64,000 nucleotides of DNA, from NCBI GenBank assembly GCA_965287045.1, contig OZ336878.1:69688001-69752000 (forward strand). The letters are read 5' to 3'. This DNA is from Carcharhinus amblyrhynchos (Eukaryota). Under the pieces are notes generated by a model, which worked only from the letters and a program-made list of their open reading frames with translations, was not told the DNA's origin and made no database searches. Below are positions 1 to 12,689 of the stretch, one piece after another (position 1 is the stretch's first letter; each line of letters opens with the position of its first letter). Made by a program: the position numbers and the translations under genes.

Positions 1-3000
1 TCTTCCAACCACCCCAGGGTCCTATGTAGTTCCTATGCCTACTCATGTCAACCTATACCCACCATCTATCTCCCTTATACCTACCATGTCAACTCACCCA
101 GTATCCACCAGGGGCAAACCTCAGGACCTATACTGAAATAAGATAAAATAAAGTTCTATAAAATAAAGTTCTAAATGTCTATTGTAGACTTTACTATATT
201 GAGAAAACACACTCATTTGTGAAAACTTATGTCAGACATTTACATTCCTTCAAGCAGTGTTTCATTCAAGTGCACAATCTCATAAAACAACAGGCATTTG
301 AATCTATAGTTCCACTTCAAAAAGTCTATACTCACCAGTAGCTGTTGGTCAAACTATACAATGGCAGGTACCCTACTGTGATAATGGATGGTTGTGAAAT
401 CAATCATTCATCAATAATACAGTAATGAAAGCCCTCTGACTTATGTCGACAGAGTGAAATAGCAGACAATTTTTTCCAAACATTTTTGTTCAATGATTTA
501 AAGCCAACAGCTTAACAGCTCCCTCTCTCAGACCCTTGTGACATTTTTGGTAGGTCCTCTTGACACTTTTGACAGATCAGTTGACAGTTCCAATGAGCTT
601 GAGAGTTTATGAATTTATGCACCTTTTGCACACACTCATGCTGATTTTTCCCATTCTACAAGGCACCTTAACTCTCCCAAAGGACACCTGATCAAACCCA
701 AAGGATACTGGACCTCCAATAAAGTGCACTTTATTTCCAATAAAGAGTACCCAACCTATCCATAAGGTGTCCCAGGACCAGATCCAAAGGAGTACCTTTA
801 CCTCCCCTGGCTATCCACATGAATCCACAATGTTTACATTTAGATTTCAATTCAAATCTGAAAATTCTGCGTTTCACACTCCAACGTGATCAAAATTCCA
901 CTTGAGCAGACGCAGCTGACGATTTCAGTGGTCAGGTGCTCTCATAAAATATACATGCTGGAAATGCATCCTAACCTCAATCCCACCACCATAAAAATGA
1001 GAATTGCGGTGTTTGAGGGCAGAACTTGTGATTCTTAGTAAGCTCTCACCAGAGAGACTTTCCATCATGGCAAAAACCTGGGTCTATGTGCTGTAGCACT
1101 ATTGCCCTTTTGGTCTGCTATACATCTGTCAGTCCCAAGGTAGAAAGTTAATCTGGTCCTGGCAATCATTTCTGCAATCCACGAATGATAATGCTTTATT
1201 GTCCTTATTGGGGAACGTGCCTCACGAGGTAAATACTTTTGAATTGAAAGGACTTGATTATTGAATTTTCTCAAGTATTTAGCTTTTATGTGGTCTGTTT
1301 CAAAATAAAGCTTTACAAAGTCCATTGGTGGTATGTGCAATCTATCAATTGGAGGACAATGAACGTGTTCCAGTGACATAAGCCTGGGAAAATGTCCTCT
1401 TTTAGGCATTTCACTTTTTTGGACTAATTATACGCTATCTTAGATATTTTAATTGGATTAAAGGTGACTGATCCACATTGTTTGCTGTAGAAACTGAGAA
1501 TTCTTATTGCCTTTAACCTACATTAGTGGCTGTGATGCACTTGTCACCCAACATAGGGTAAATATTCTACCACAGTCAATGTGTGCTGGTGGAGGCATTA
1601 ATTATGGTTTCACCTGAGCACATATAAAGAAATTGGGGGCTGGTTGAGTTAGAAGATATCTGCTTGTAATGTTTCATTCTGAATAAGTACAAGACTGAGT
1701 TAAGATTGACTCTAGTAATACCCTTCATCAACAGGCTTTCTGGAGGTTAAAAGTGTGCCGTAAAGTATGTGGTTCTTGTTTGATATATTTACATGCCACT
1801 GTAAGTTAGATTTCAATGACTCATACATTTTCGAAGGACAGTGCCACATGCACCTAATGCCAGGCTAATAGCTTTCTTGGTTTGGTTCAGGGTACCCACC
1901 AGCCTCCAGTGTTGTTATTTGTCGAGAAAACTAAGTAAAAGAGGCAGACTGACAAAAAAGGATATTTTTTACTGAAATAGAAACCTTATTTTTGAAGCAG
2001 AAAAAAAGTGTGGGAGGCAATTTCTTTCTTTCTGCAAAACATTAAACTTCCAGTCTTGCAAATTCAAGATACTCAAACACCCAGGACAGCTGGTGACTTT
2101 GGGTATTTGAGGCACTCATTAGACACCTAAATCTGTAATTCCACATTGGTTCTAAGCTACTTTGTTGTATGTTTTCTTTTCTCCAAGATGTTTAGAAAAT
2201 GGTAGGACAGTGGATGGAGTAAAGTCAAAAATTAACTTTTTTGTGTGTCCAAAATTGGAGTAGCTTTTATCTTATTTTTCAGATTGGAAATCGAGAGCAT
2301 GTTTTAATGCAGTGTAGAACGGGCTAAAAACACGGCCAATATCTATTACAGTTAGGACTTTGGAAAGAAAGACAATATGAAAGACTATTCCACTAGAATT
2401 AGAGTTATTGTCAAATTTAATATCCATCAATTCCTTTTTCTTGTTTAAGCAGTTTTCAAAGACACTCGTTCAAAAGATGTAGGCAGAAATGCCATTTTAA
2501 GAGTGATTTCATGATCCCAGTATAGAAGCCATGTTTGCAGGGAACTGAGAAAGGTAATAGGGCTACAGCATTACAGCCAGGATTACCCAACCTATCCTCC
2601 TGTTGAGAAAGGCTGCTTGATGGGAGTGTAGGATTACGGAATCAACTTTTTCCTTTCTTGTTCTGTTATACTTGTTCTCACAGATAAGACTTTATTACTG
2701 CCTTCGACTGCAGTCATAAAATGTGACAAGGGTTTTAATTATTGCCTCAAATGCATGTAGCCTGGTGTGCACATTTTTGCGCCACCGATGCCATTGCCAA
2801 ATGCCAAGAATACATATACTGCATGTTTGGGGAAAAGGGATTCACTTTTTTAAACCTCAAAATGAGCTAAGAATTTAAATAATTTAGATAATTCAGTTTA
2901 AGAAACAAAGTTATTCTACTCCCTTTTTAATGAGGAAAAGCAGATTAATAATCTAACAAAAAATTGATTTTTATTTTATAGAAGACAAATAAAGTGCCTG

Positions 3001-3214
3001 TTTATTCAACGATGGTGCTCAATATTGCGAAAGTCACTTGAAAATGATTGAGCCTATATTCTTGATTTTTTTGGCTTTTTGCTGCTCTATGTCCGAATAT
3101 ACTATACTGTCAAGTCATTTTCATTGTAATTCAGGCAAAGAGTGCAGAGTTAGGAGCAGCCTTCTCCCAAAAAATTACTAAGTGTAATTTTAAACGAGAA
3201 AACGGTGCAACGCA

Positions 3215-3920
3215 GGCATGATTCTGATCTTCCCGCACTTAACCATTTTTGGGAGGGAAAATTGTGGGGGGGGGCCATCCTGCACCAGTTTGGAGAGGGG
3301 CAAGGCTTAAAGTTGGAGCCTGTTTCACAGAGATTGGAGTGCCTTTTTAAAATTTGAAATTGAAGAGCCGCCCCCACCCATCTTCCCCCATGGACATCAG
3401 GACACCAGCATTGATTGCTGGTCTGATTCCCCTCCCAACCACCAAGCGTAGTTTGCTGACCAGATATCTTGCACCATGCCCCCACCCCCGCCCCTGAACA
3501 CTGATCGCTGATATCCGAGCCCTTCCAATGGGTTTCCCTTCATACCCTACTCCATTCATACCCAGTCCCCCAGAGAACGGCCTAGCCATGTTCACCAACT
3601 ACTTGGGGACTTCCATGGCCTCCAAGCGCATGCGCCCCAACCCTCCCCTCCACAGTGCATGACCACCTTGACTGGTTTCCATTTGTAGAAACCCCATAGT
3701 TGTTCATGCAATATTCCTGTTGTGCCTGAAGGATAGTGAATCCCAGTAGCAGCAAGAAACTGGCTTAAAACTGACTAAGCATCCTTAAATGATGATTTAA
3801 ATATGCTAATCTGGTTCTTGCCCTCACTAGGCGAGAACCAGATTACTTCAGAGCACAGCGGTGGGGAGATTCCCAAAGGGCATTCTCACTGGCGCTAAAT
3901 ATGCTAGGCTATTTTGCTTC
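3215..3920. mobile_element. Degenerate GC-rich non-autonomous DNA transposon/MITE-like repeat
   Basis: An abrupt GC-rich block with a GGCATGATTCT-like start and C-rich tracts, similar in style to the insert at 19555-20480. The termini are poorly preserved. Confidence 0.4.
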
Positions 3921-4009
3921 TGGGGGAGCACTGTGATCTTGGATTCTGTGGTCATTGGAGAACACATTCCTTGTGTTGTCTCATCAGCAACCATGCTCAC
4001 AATCAGACA

Positions 4010-4234
4010 GTAGGAAGTCTCCCAACAGCAGGTTAAAGTCCAACAGGTTTATTTGGTAGCAAAAGCCACTAGCTTTCGGAGCGCTGCCCTTTTGTCAGGT
4101 GAGTCACCTGACGAAGGGGCAGTGCTCTGAAAGCTAGTGGCTTTTGCCACCAAATAAACCTGTTGAACTTGAACCTGGTGTTGAGCGACTTCTTACTGTA
4201 TTTACCCCAGTCCAATGCCGGCATCATCACAATC
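4010..4234 (+). mobile_element. Penelope-related palindromic short element with minimal hammerhead motif
   Basis: 93-bp inverted arms centred on 4103; CTGACGA...GAAA core at 4108-4132; tail CCCCAGTCCAATGCCGGCATC shared with the copy at 44335. Confidence 0.7.
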
Positions 4235-4557
4235 ACACTTACAGCATAGTGTATTGTGAAATGTAAATGAGCAGAGATGTGGTGTAATTCAAGCTGCATT
4301 AGACTTATCACAGAGCACCTATGCAGTGAAACCACTACTTTCAGGGGAGGTTTATCACCTGTGTTATTTTGAAATTCAAAAGATATGAACAGTATATGCT
4401 GCTAAGTCATGCTAACACTGCAAAAAATAACAAGGATCAGGTGTTAACTTTACAATATAAAGACAGTATTGTGACTACTTATTCAGATGGACTAGTAAGT
4501 AGAAGTTATACTTTAACCAAGGTGTTATTTCTGTTTTTCTATCCACAACTCCTATAG

Positions 4558-4671
4558 GTGATAAGAAAAGGTTGGCTCACCATCAGCAACATTAGCATCA
4601 TAAAAGGAGGCTCCAAGGAATACTGGTTTGTACTGACTGCAGAGAGTCTCTGTTGGTTCAAGGATGAAGAG
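4558..4671 (+). CDS. dnm3: Dynamin-3 internal exon, start of PH domain ([38 protein letters not shown])
   Basis: Acceptor ...cctatag and donor gtgaga; 114 nt, phase 0-0; the translation matches the dynamin PH N-terminus (VIRKGWL...[14 protein letters not shown]). Confidence 0.96.
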
Positions 4672-7277
4672 GTGAGAAGACATTTGTTTTCTCTTGCAAC
4701 CATATAACCTACCATAATTATCCTATCAAAAGGATGTTGGCGCGCATGGCTGTTGAATTCTTCAATCGCCAAGTGGGGTAGTGTATTGATTCACCAAATC
4801 TTTCAATGTTGAGTGTAGGATCTGGACTAATGTTCTCTTTAGATGTGAGAGAGAACTGAAGGGTGAGTCTTTCATTGTTAATGCTGAGTAACTGCTTCAC
4901 TAATTTGGGGCTCTGTTTCATCAGCTGGCGAAGTAGCATGTGGCCAGGATGAAAATAATGTTAGAAACGTGGGGAAACACTGTGATAAATTTTAGAATAT
5001 GTTTACTTCAGATCTGAGCAGGCAGTTGGAATGCCTGCCTCTTTTCTATTTTTCTGGATCCTCTGTGAAATGTTTTCAAGACAGCCTTAACTTGGGCATA
5101 ACTCCACAGTATAAGAACAATTCAGAAATTCAACATGGGTGATAAATTTGTAATCTCACTCAGCCACAAGATGTGGTGGGTATGGAAAATGGAGACGTGA
5201 TTTTGGCACAGCAGTAGTTTCAAGTCTGAGCTTGGATTTAAAGACAGCGTTGAGGTCAACTAGTAAGTTCTTTCACTCTGTATTTGGTTGAAGTAATCCT
5301 GCCCTCGGAGTGCTTGGTACCATCACCAAAGCAGCAATGGCAACTTGAAGTTTATTATGTCTAATTTCCCAAAGATGCTTCTCAGAAATGTAGTCAAATA
5401 AAAATAGATTGTGAACGAGAGACTGAGAAGGCAGGAGGATGACCAAAAAATTGGTATAAGAAGTACAATGAGAAACAAAAATAAAAAGCATAATGTGGAA
5501 ACTAAATTTAATATATCACAATGGTTTTATTCCACAGACATGCCACTTTTATTTCACACAAGATAGTGTAGCTATAATTAAAATACTTTTTAAAAAGATT
5601 ACTATTTATCAACAGTGAAATAATTGGCAACTGCCAATTAAAAAGTAGATGCATAGCTATGTAAGATTTTCTCATGGAAACAGTTAATTGTAGTTTAAAC
5701 TTAAGATATAAATAGCTTTTTGTTCGCTCTGTTGGGGAGAGTTTCACAGCCCAGGAATGTGATAATTAAGTTCTGTGAGAGTTTGAACAATAAACTTGAG
5801 TTAATTCCTTCCAGGCAACAGGTTCTAAATTACATTTAAAATTGGCCAGCCCAATTGCCCACCTCAACTAATATAATGGTCATATGATTGATGGTGTGAT
5901 GCAGACATTTCTTCACTTTTGTTCACTTTGAGAAAGGCTATCGGGAAATTATCCACATTTAAGGTGTTATTAAGTTAAGACGTCATATCCAAAAATAAAT
6001 TTACTGTGCTGATTTGAGAGTCATAATGATACCATATTACACACACATTTAATATAACACAGGTCTGCCAATTAGTCAGTGTGCTGATTGCTCAATTATG
6101 ACTGGGGCCAATAACATTATAACGAATATATGATTGTGAATCCAGTAGGTATAGGTATAGTATTGAATTATTGCCCAGCGAATATGATGCATGCACCGTC
6201 ATTAGTTTGTAAATCGTCCAGCAACTTGCAGTATGAAAACGTGCCCTGTGACTTGCGAATCACAAGTTGCTGTACAGTTTGTACCGCTCTGCCATTTTGC
6301 ACCTAATTTGGTGTTAATTCACCTTGTTTCTGTCATTTCTTTGTTATTATCCCTCTCTATAAATCTCATTGCTGAAGGAGATAGATTGTTGTTCACATTG
6401 TTCGCCAATATCCCTTCAGCCCCTTTATACTTATGTGCTGTTAGCAGATAGCATCATAGTTTCAGCAATTTTGGAACAAAATTCTTTCTAAGGTAAGGAT
6501 GAACAGCTAAGTAACAGAACATATGGTGAGATGTTCTGCTTCAGTAGATTTTGGGCTTTGGTGGACATATATTTGGGATAATTTTCATGTTAACCTTGCA
6601 ACAAAATTATTTATACTGAATATTGTATTGTATTAAAATAATCCTGCTGAAGTTTACATTAACTGAGGGAGAAGCAATTATAGAACAATGCATTACTGAA
6701 TACTAATAGGTAGAAGAGTACTTTGAGGAATAGAAATATTAGCAGCTATGTTGAGTCATCCTAAAATTTGCCCCAGGATCAGGTTATTAAGATACCTGGA
6801 AGGAGCTTACACCTCCAGGCATTTTAGAAGAGTGACATCCACATACAACGATTCTACTTTCACATTTGGACTAAGGACCAAGTCTCCACAGATAGGCTGG
6901 GCTCATCTTAGTTTCTGCTTACTTCCTATCAGAAGGTATAATTGACCCAAAGTTTAATGGGACCATGCTTTGCTGAATAAGGTAACAGAGCTTCTTACAT
7001 TATTGAGTGCTGATCTTTAACTCTGCAGTTACCTGTACCCTTGTAATATCGTACCAACAAGGAATGCCAGCCCTATTGCAGTAACAAAGTAAATGTTCAA
7101 CTGTACTGTGTAATTTTTAAAGTATTATTAACTCCAGAAATTGATATTTGTATTTAACTGTATGAGCTACTTGTTAGCTTCTTCAGAGAGCCAGCACAGA
7201 CACAACAGGCCAAATGAACTCCTTCTGTACTGCAATTATGCTGTGATTCTGTGGGTTAACTCTAATTTAAACTTGAT

Positions 7278-7404
7278 GGGTGCGATCTAACCGGCCATTC
7301 ACGCCAAGCTCCCGCTGCAGCAAGGTTGGAGAATTTGGCATCCAACCAAATCTCCATCCACTGCAGCGAAATGGGAAAATCGTTCCTGCGAGAATGGTGG
7401 CAAC
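7278..7404. mobile_element. ~125-bp MITE-like element
   Basis: Starts GGGTGCGATCT and ends GAGAATGGTGGCAAC; the internal sequence resembles the 29424/58563 family. Confidence 0.5.
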
Positions 7405-8195
7405 ATTACGACTGGTGTCTCTGACAGTGTTTCACAGTTCAGGAATCTAATGAGGTGGAGCAGTGGTAACACTGCTTCATTGTTTGTTGATCCAAACAAC
7501 AGATTCATTCTGTGTGAATCTCAAAATACAAGTTAAACATGTCAGTAATTGAAAGAAAATTAACTGGTCAGTAAAATGTATTAAGTAACCATTAATTTTG
7601 TGTATTTTTTAAATAAAGCCGATTGGGTGATGAAACATTTTAAAATGTGTAATATATTGTATGAAACTGTGGCAGACTTTGCAGATTGATACTTATAGAA
7701 TTGAAGCCATTGAAAAATATTTAATTATCCTTATTATGTTCCTTTGAATTTCAAGCAATGGCAAGTAGCTGCTAAAATATATAAATGTCAGGAAATGTAA
7801 TTATTGAAAGCATATTTTTATGACGACATTGTAACAGTGAAATGTAAGAATTAGACATGCTGCCCTTAACGCTGATGTGTCAAAATGTAGTTCTTTCAGA
7901 CAGTTTCAAAAGTGTCTATTTCTGTTAAAACTTATACAGCTCCTTGTCCTAATCAAACCAATCCAATTAACATTTAGATTACCCATAAAGTCTTTATTTT
8001 TCATGTCTGCATCAGTGAAAAAATGAAACGTACATAAATCAAAGCATGTAGTCGTTACAGTTGATGAGAAAGAAAAGTGAACTTACAAAGCAGCTATATT
8101 GCATTGCTGAAGATGATATTTTAATAAACCTCATGAAGTCTTTTGTACTGAGAATGGTTCTTCTGATATCCAGTTGAATGGCTGTCAATCAGGCT

Positions 8196-8286
8196 GGGTT
8201 GTCATGTGACTGCCTGTCTGTGCCTGCTGTACAGGTGAGAGGATTTTCTGCACAGCAAGTGTAGACAGGCAGACACATGACAACTC
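8196..8286 (-). ncRNA. mir214: pre-miR-214 hairpin
   Basis: The reverse complement of 8209-8230 is ACAGCAGGCACAGACAGGCAGU (miR-214-3p) and of 8250-8271 is UGCCUGUCUACACUUGCUGUGC (miR-214-5p). The basal stem is GTTGTCATGTG/CACATGACAAC. Confidence 0.97.
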
Positions 8287-11200
8287 CTACCAGCCACTGC
8301 TAATTTACCTCAGTATTTCTGTTCTTCTGTTTAATAATTGTAACAGTAAGCAATGGTCTTCCAAAACAATTGACAGGAGAATATTCATTCTTCACTCTTT
8401 TAGCAATACATGCTGAAATAGTTTTTTAAGTTTATGTAACAATCACAAATATACAGTGGAGCACAGAAGGAATCACATTTAATCTTAGATGTACATTGAC
8501 TGTCTGATTATAAAGTTGATTTCTTGTTCCAAAAGTAAGTTATCATTGATAACCAAATATATGCATTTTGGTGTTTTGTATTTCAGCATCTTTTCACTTT
8601 CCTGCCCCCCCTCCTTGCCCCCAGCCACCCCCACACCTGACCCCCCCATGCAACCCACCTTTGTTGAATGGTAAATCTAAGCAGCTCATTGCAGCTTCGC
8701 TGGAAGTAAATGTATTTCAGTTGCAGACTAACTTAAAAACATGAAGGTGGCCATGGAAAATTATTTCACATATGTGAGAAGGGGAAAATACAATGCATTG
8801 TGATACTAAATTAATAAAAGACAATTCCCATGTATGGTGAAAGAATATCATATATATATACTTATATGCTTATTATCTTTTTAAATTCAGGCGCAAGTAT
8901 AATTACTCTGCATTATACAGTAAGAAAAATTGCTTTGTATTAGTTTATAGTGATATGAGTAATCAGTATTGTATATTATTACATTTATTATTATCATATG
9001 CTATCATGGTGCAACAATGTGTGTACACTTGGCAAATAATGCCAGTGCTTCAGGTTGCTGACTCAATGTCGCATATGTTTTGTTCTGAAAAACTTGCATT
9101 TATTTAGGGTCAAAGTGTATCAGATCCAATAGTCTGAAGTGCACTAATTGCTTGACAGGCAGACTCCTGAATTGATGATATTCTGATGGGGCAAATGTTA
9201 GTTACTTTTAATGCACAATGTGAGTTTTTATTCTGACTGTTACGAAATCAGCATAAACTGAACTATGGTTCAATATTGGATCCATTAATTGAACGTTGGG
9301 AAATGTTTTTGAGGGGGAGATGTTATACGTGGTTATTTTAGTTGAGGCTATATACAAAAATATACAAGTAATTTATTGCTTAGGATTTTGATTGATTTTA
9401 AACTTTTGATATTAGTTTTTGCAATATGATAGTTACAAATTGCAGGTCTCCAGGATTTTCCTCTTAGGATCAACAGATTGTACTGAATCATTCAAGTTTG
9501 TTTGTTCTGACAAATTAGACTGGCTTTAGGCAACTCTACCACTTCACTGGATAGATAAGATCATACAATAGGGAAATAAACTTTGTATTATTGGTCTCCC
9601 AAGCCCACAATCTTTAAAACTACAAAAATGGTATGTGTTGTACACTGTATGTACTGGCAGACGTGGAGGAAATGGATATTTTTAAATGTTTGTTTTGAAT
9701 TGAATGCCATCTAGTAAGGAAACCTTCGCCTACTGGCCAATATCCTGGTTTTTATGCAAAGTTTTGACGTATGGTGCAGTTGTTGATTCATGAAATTGCA
9801 TGTTTATTTTCAAACAGTTACATTTCCGCATAAGCTTCATTTAAAAAAAACAGGCACTTTATATTTTGAACACATTTCCCTTCCCTTTTTATTGTTTTAA
9901 GCAATTAGCAAATGCAATCTTAAGTGTGTACCTTTGTGTGCTAATTAATTTAAAAAAACAAGTAGAGAGGTATGCATTTTCCATGAGGGTACAAATCTTT
10001 CTCAAATATTTAACTTGAAAATATAAATTAATTCTTATTACAAAAGTGGAACTGGTTGTTACTGTCAGGTAATTCAAATCCTGTCAGATATTAGGTCTTA
10101 TAAGAGTTTAGAAGAGGTTTTTTAGAAAAACTCTCCTAATACAACACTTTTTTTTAAAAAGGAAAATTGAATGAGACCATTATTGCAAGGTTGGCCCTGT
10201 TTCAGAAATTTCTCCTGCTAACATTTTTCTTTGATGTGAAGGAATTGAAAAATTACCAATACATGATTTTCTGCCTCTTGTCACTTTCCATGGAGATTTG
10301 AGGCTTGGGTGGTCCATTGCTGGTGCCTAGCTAATATAAACAATTTAGTAGGCCAGCAAGAATGACAAGATTGAGGATAAGCACTCAGAAACTGAGACTT
10401 GCAAATTGTGTTAAATTTTAAACAAAACAGAGTCTTATTTTCGCAATTTATCCTTGCTCTCTCATGGCAAATTCAGCCCCCCACTCCCCCTCCAGATGAA
10501 AGCTGTGGAATTCAGGCTGCAAATTCACCTCTGGTGATTGTCATTGTCTTTATGTGGCCATCTGACAGAAATGTTTCACTGTTTAACTAATTTGGTGCAA
10601 CTTCGATTAAGAGCTGAATGGGAACATGTACCTTCCTGAATGCAATACCTCAACATACGTTACTTTGTTAACCTGTCTGTTTTTAATTAGCAAAAATGTG
10701 TGTTCAAATTAGAAGATAATGACCCATCAGCTATTTTTAAGCATTTGAGTACTTGACTGATATAATCTTCTCTATGTCTGAATGCTGTTATATGTATACT
10801 GCTTTCAGCAAAGTGTATGTCCTTAAAAATCATAATAGTCAACTCCAAGGCCTGATGTAAAGTCAGACATAGTCTATTTCCCATCGCTTAGTATATTGAT
10901 CACGAGGTGCCTCCTTAGTGACTAGAATGGACAGGGGAAGGTAATTTCAGTATACATTTGATTTGTATTTAAGATGTTAATCCATCATTCATAATTTACT
11001 ACTTAAGCCGATGAAGTGCAGCTTTTAAAACTTCTCCCAGTGAGACTATTAAATAGCTTTCACACTAAAGACGTAGGAATTAATTCTTCCCATCACACGA
11101 GAAATTAAGTTGATCAGTGGAATGATGCAGTGAGAAGCCATGTGAAATTAGTGATGCGTTATTTAGGCTCACAAAAAATAAGATTTCAGCCTACAGTAAC

Positions 11201-12491
11201 TCCTACGAGGATGTCCACAAAATTTGTATTTTGAATTCCTTAAGCACTCCTTTTTCCGAAACATGTGCCAAACAGCTGTAGAAGTTTTATCTCTGCAATG
11301 AGATTGGATTTGATCTAAACTGGAGCTGCGAAAAACAGAAGGGTTACTACTTAAGGCAAAGTTTTTTTTAATCCTATACAACGTCATTGTCTAATTGTTA
11401 GATTTCCCTGTTAAAATGGTAATGTGCAAGGATTTGTATGTTTTGTCTCTAATAGGGCACTTTTCAAATCAATGGTATTTGATTCTGAACTATTTCGTAT
11501 TTCATTTTTTAAAAGTTAGCAGATCTTGCCTCCCTTCTGAACCATTATTTGCCGTTGCTATTTGTAACAAGCAAGTAGAAATGTCTTCTTTCATTGTTAA
11601 TTTCAATCACATTGTGCAAAAGGTTTTTATTAACTAAGAGGCCATGGTGCAGACATTCTTATTTTTCTTCTTCCTCTGGTGGCTAACTCAATTTGATTTA
11701 TTATTTTGTTTTGTATGTGCAGCTGGAATTTTACCGAATGTAATTTCTGGAGAAACAGGCAAAGAATTAAGAAAAGCAACATGCAGAATTTCAATCCAGA
11801 GGTTTACACACACAGTCTAAAATTTCACAAAGAATTTCTGAACTATTGCCCGGTATCCTAAAATTTTAGTACTCACCTCAGAGTAATCTGTAACCTGTGG
11901 GGCCCCTCCGAAGAGAAAAAAAATCATTAAGTCATTGAAGAAGGCTGATTCACAAACCGCATAGCTAAATCAGTATGTGAAAAGTTGTAGTGAATTTGTT
12001 CGTCACATCAAATTTAGCTATTGAATGTCTTAAAGCAAAATCTTTTTTTAATTACTGTTTTTATAATACTACTGTAAAATAAGCATTAAATTAGACCTTT
12101 GTACTGACAGAGTTATATTTTTGGTTGTGAGAGAAAGGCTTACAAAAAGTACAGTAAACTGTTTTCATTTCGCAGAGGACCTTTGTGTTATTTACAGCAG
12201 AGTACCTAGCGTTGACTCTCTTCCTTTGATATGGTGCACTTCTCCATTTGTGGTGGTAAGATCAGGTCAGTGAAGTTCGGCAGGTCATAGACCAGGTGTT
12301 GTCCAGCATTAGGCCTAGGCATGTCTCCTGCTGCTAAGCTATGCGGTGAGAGCCTCCTGTTAGAAGAGTTCCTCATCTTTGCTGGATTTTTTTCCCCAAA
12401 AACATAAGGTGAAGGAAAGAAAAATACTTGCTCTTACTGTAGTACTGTTCATCTGTCTTCCTTGAAAAGAGTGGAAACTTATCTGCTGCTT

Positions 12492-12580
12492 TCCCATGCC
12501 CAGTCTAACCAATGTGCAGACTACTGTACAACAATATTGTCCTGAACAGGTAGTCTGAACACTGGGGCGACGGAGCAGGA
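12492..12580 (-). ncRNA. mir199: pre-miR-199 hairpin (mir-199a-2 type)
   Basis: The reverse complement of 12544-12566 is CCCAGUGUUCAGACUACCUGUUC (5p) and of 12506-12527 is ACAGUAGUCUGCACAUUGGUUA (3p). The flanks UCCUGCUCCGUCGCC and GACUGGGCA resemble the mir-199a-2 paralog. Confidence 0.97.
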
Positions 12581-12689
12581 CATTTTGACTTTTTCTTGTC
12601 TTCTGCCATCAAAGAAATTATACCTGCACACCAAGTTCACCATCCACTGTTGTCTGCATACACTGAAGTCTCTAAAAGGACTGTGATTT

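Noticed and set aside
1-1085. Probable end of a decayed DNA-transposon-derived repeat
   Set aside because: It is truncated by the window edge with no recognisable coding motif or matching terminus, so I could not classify it.
2660-3000. Acceptor-like sites (cag at ~2683, tag at ~2981) as candidates for the alternative exon preceding the PH exon
   Set aside because: No convincing donor at a frame-preserving distance and no resemblance to the known dynamin inserts.
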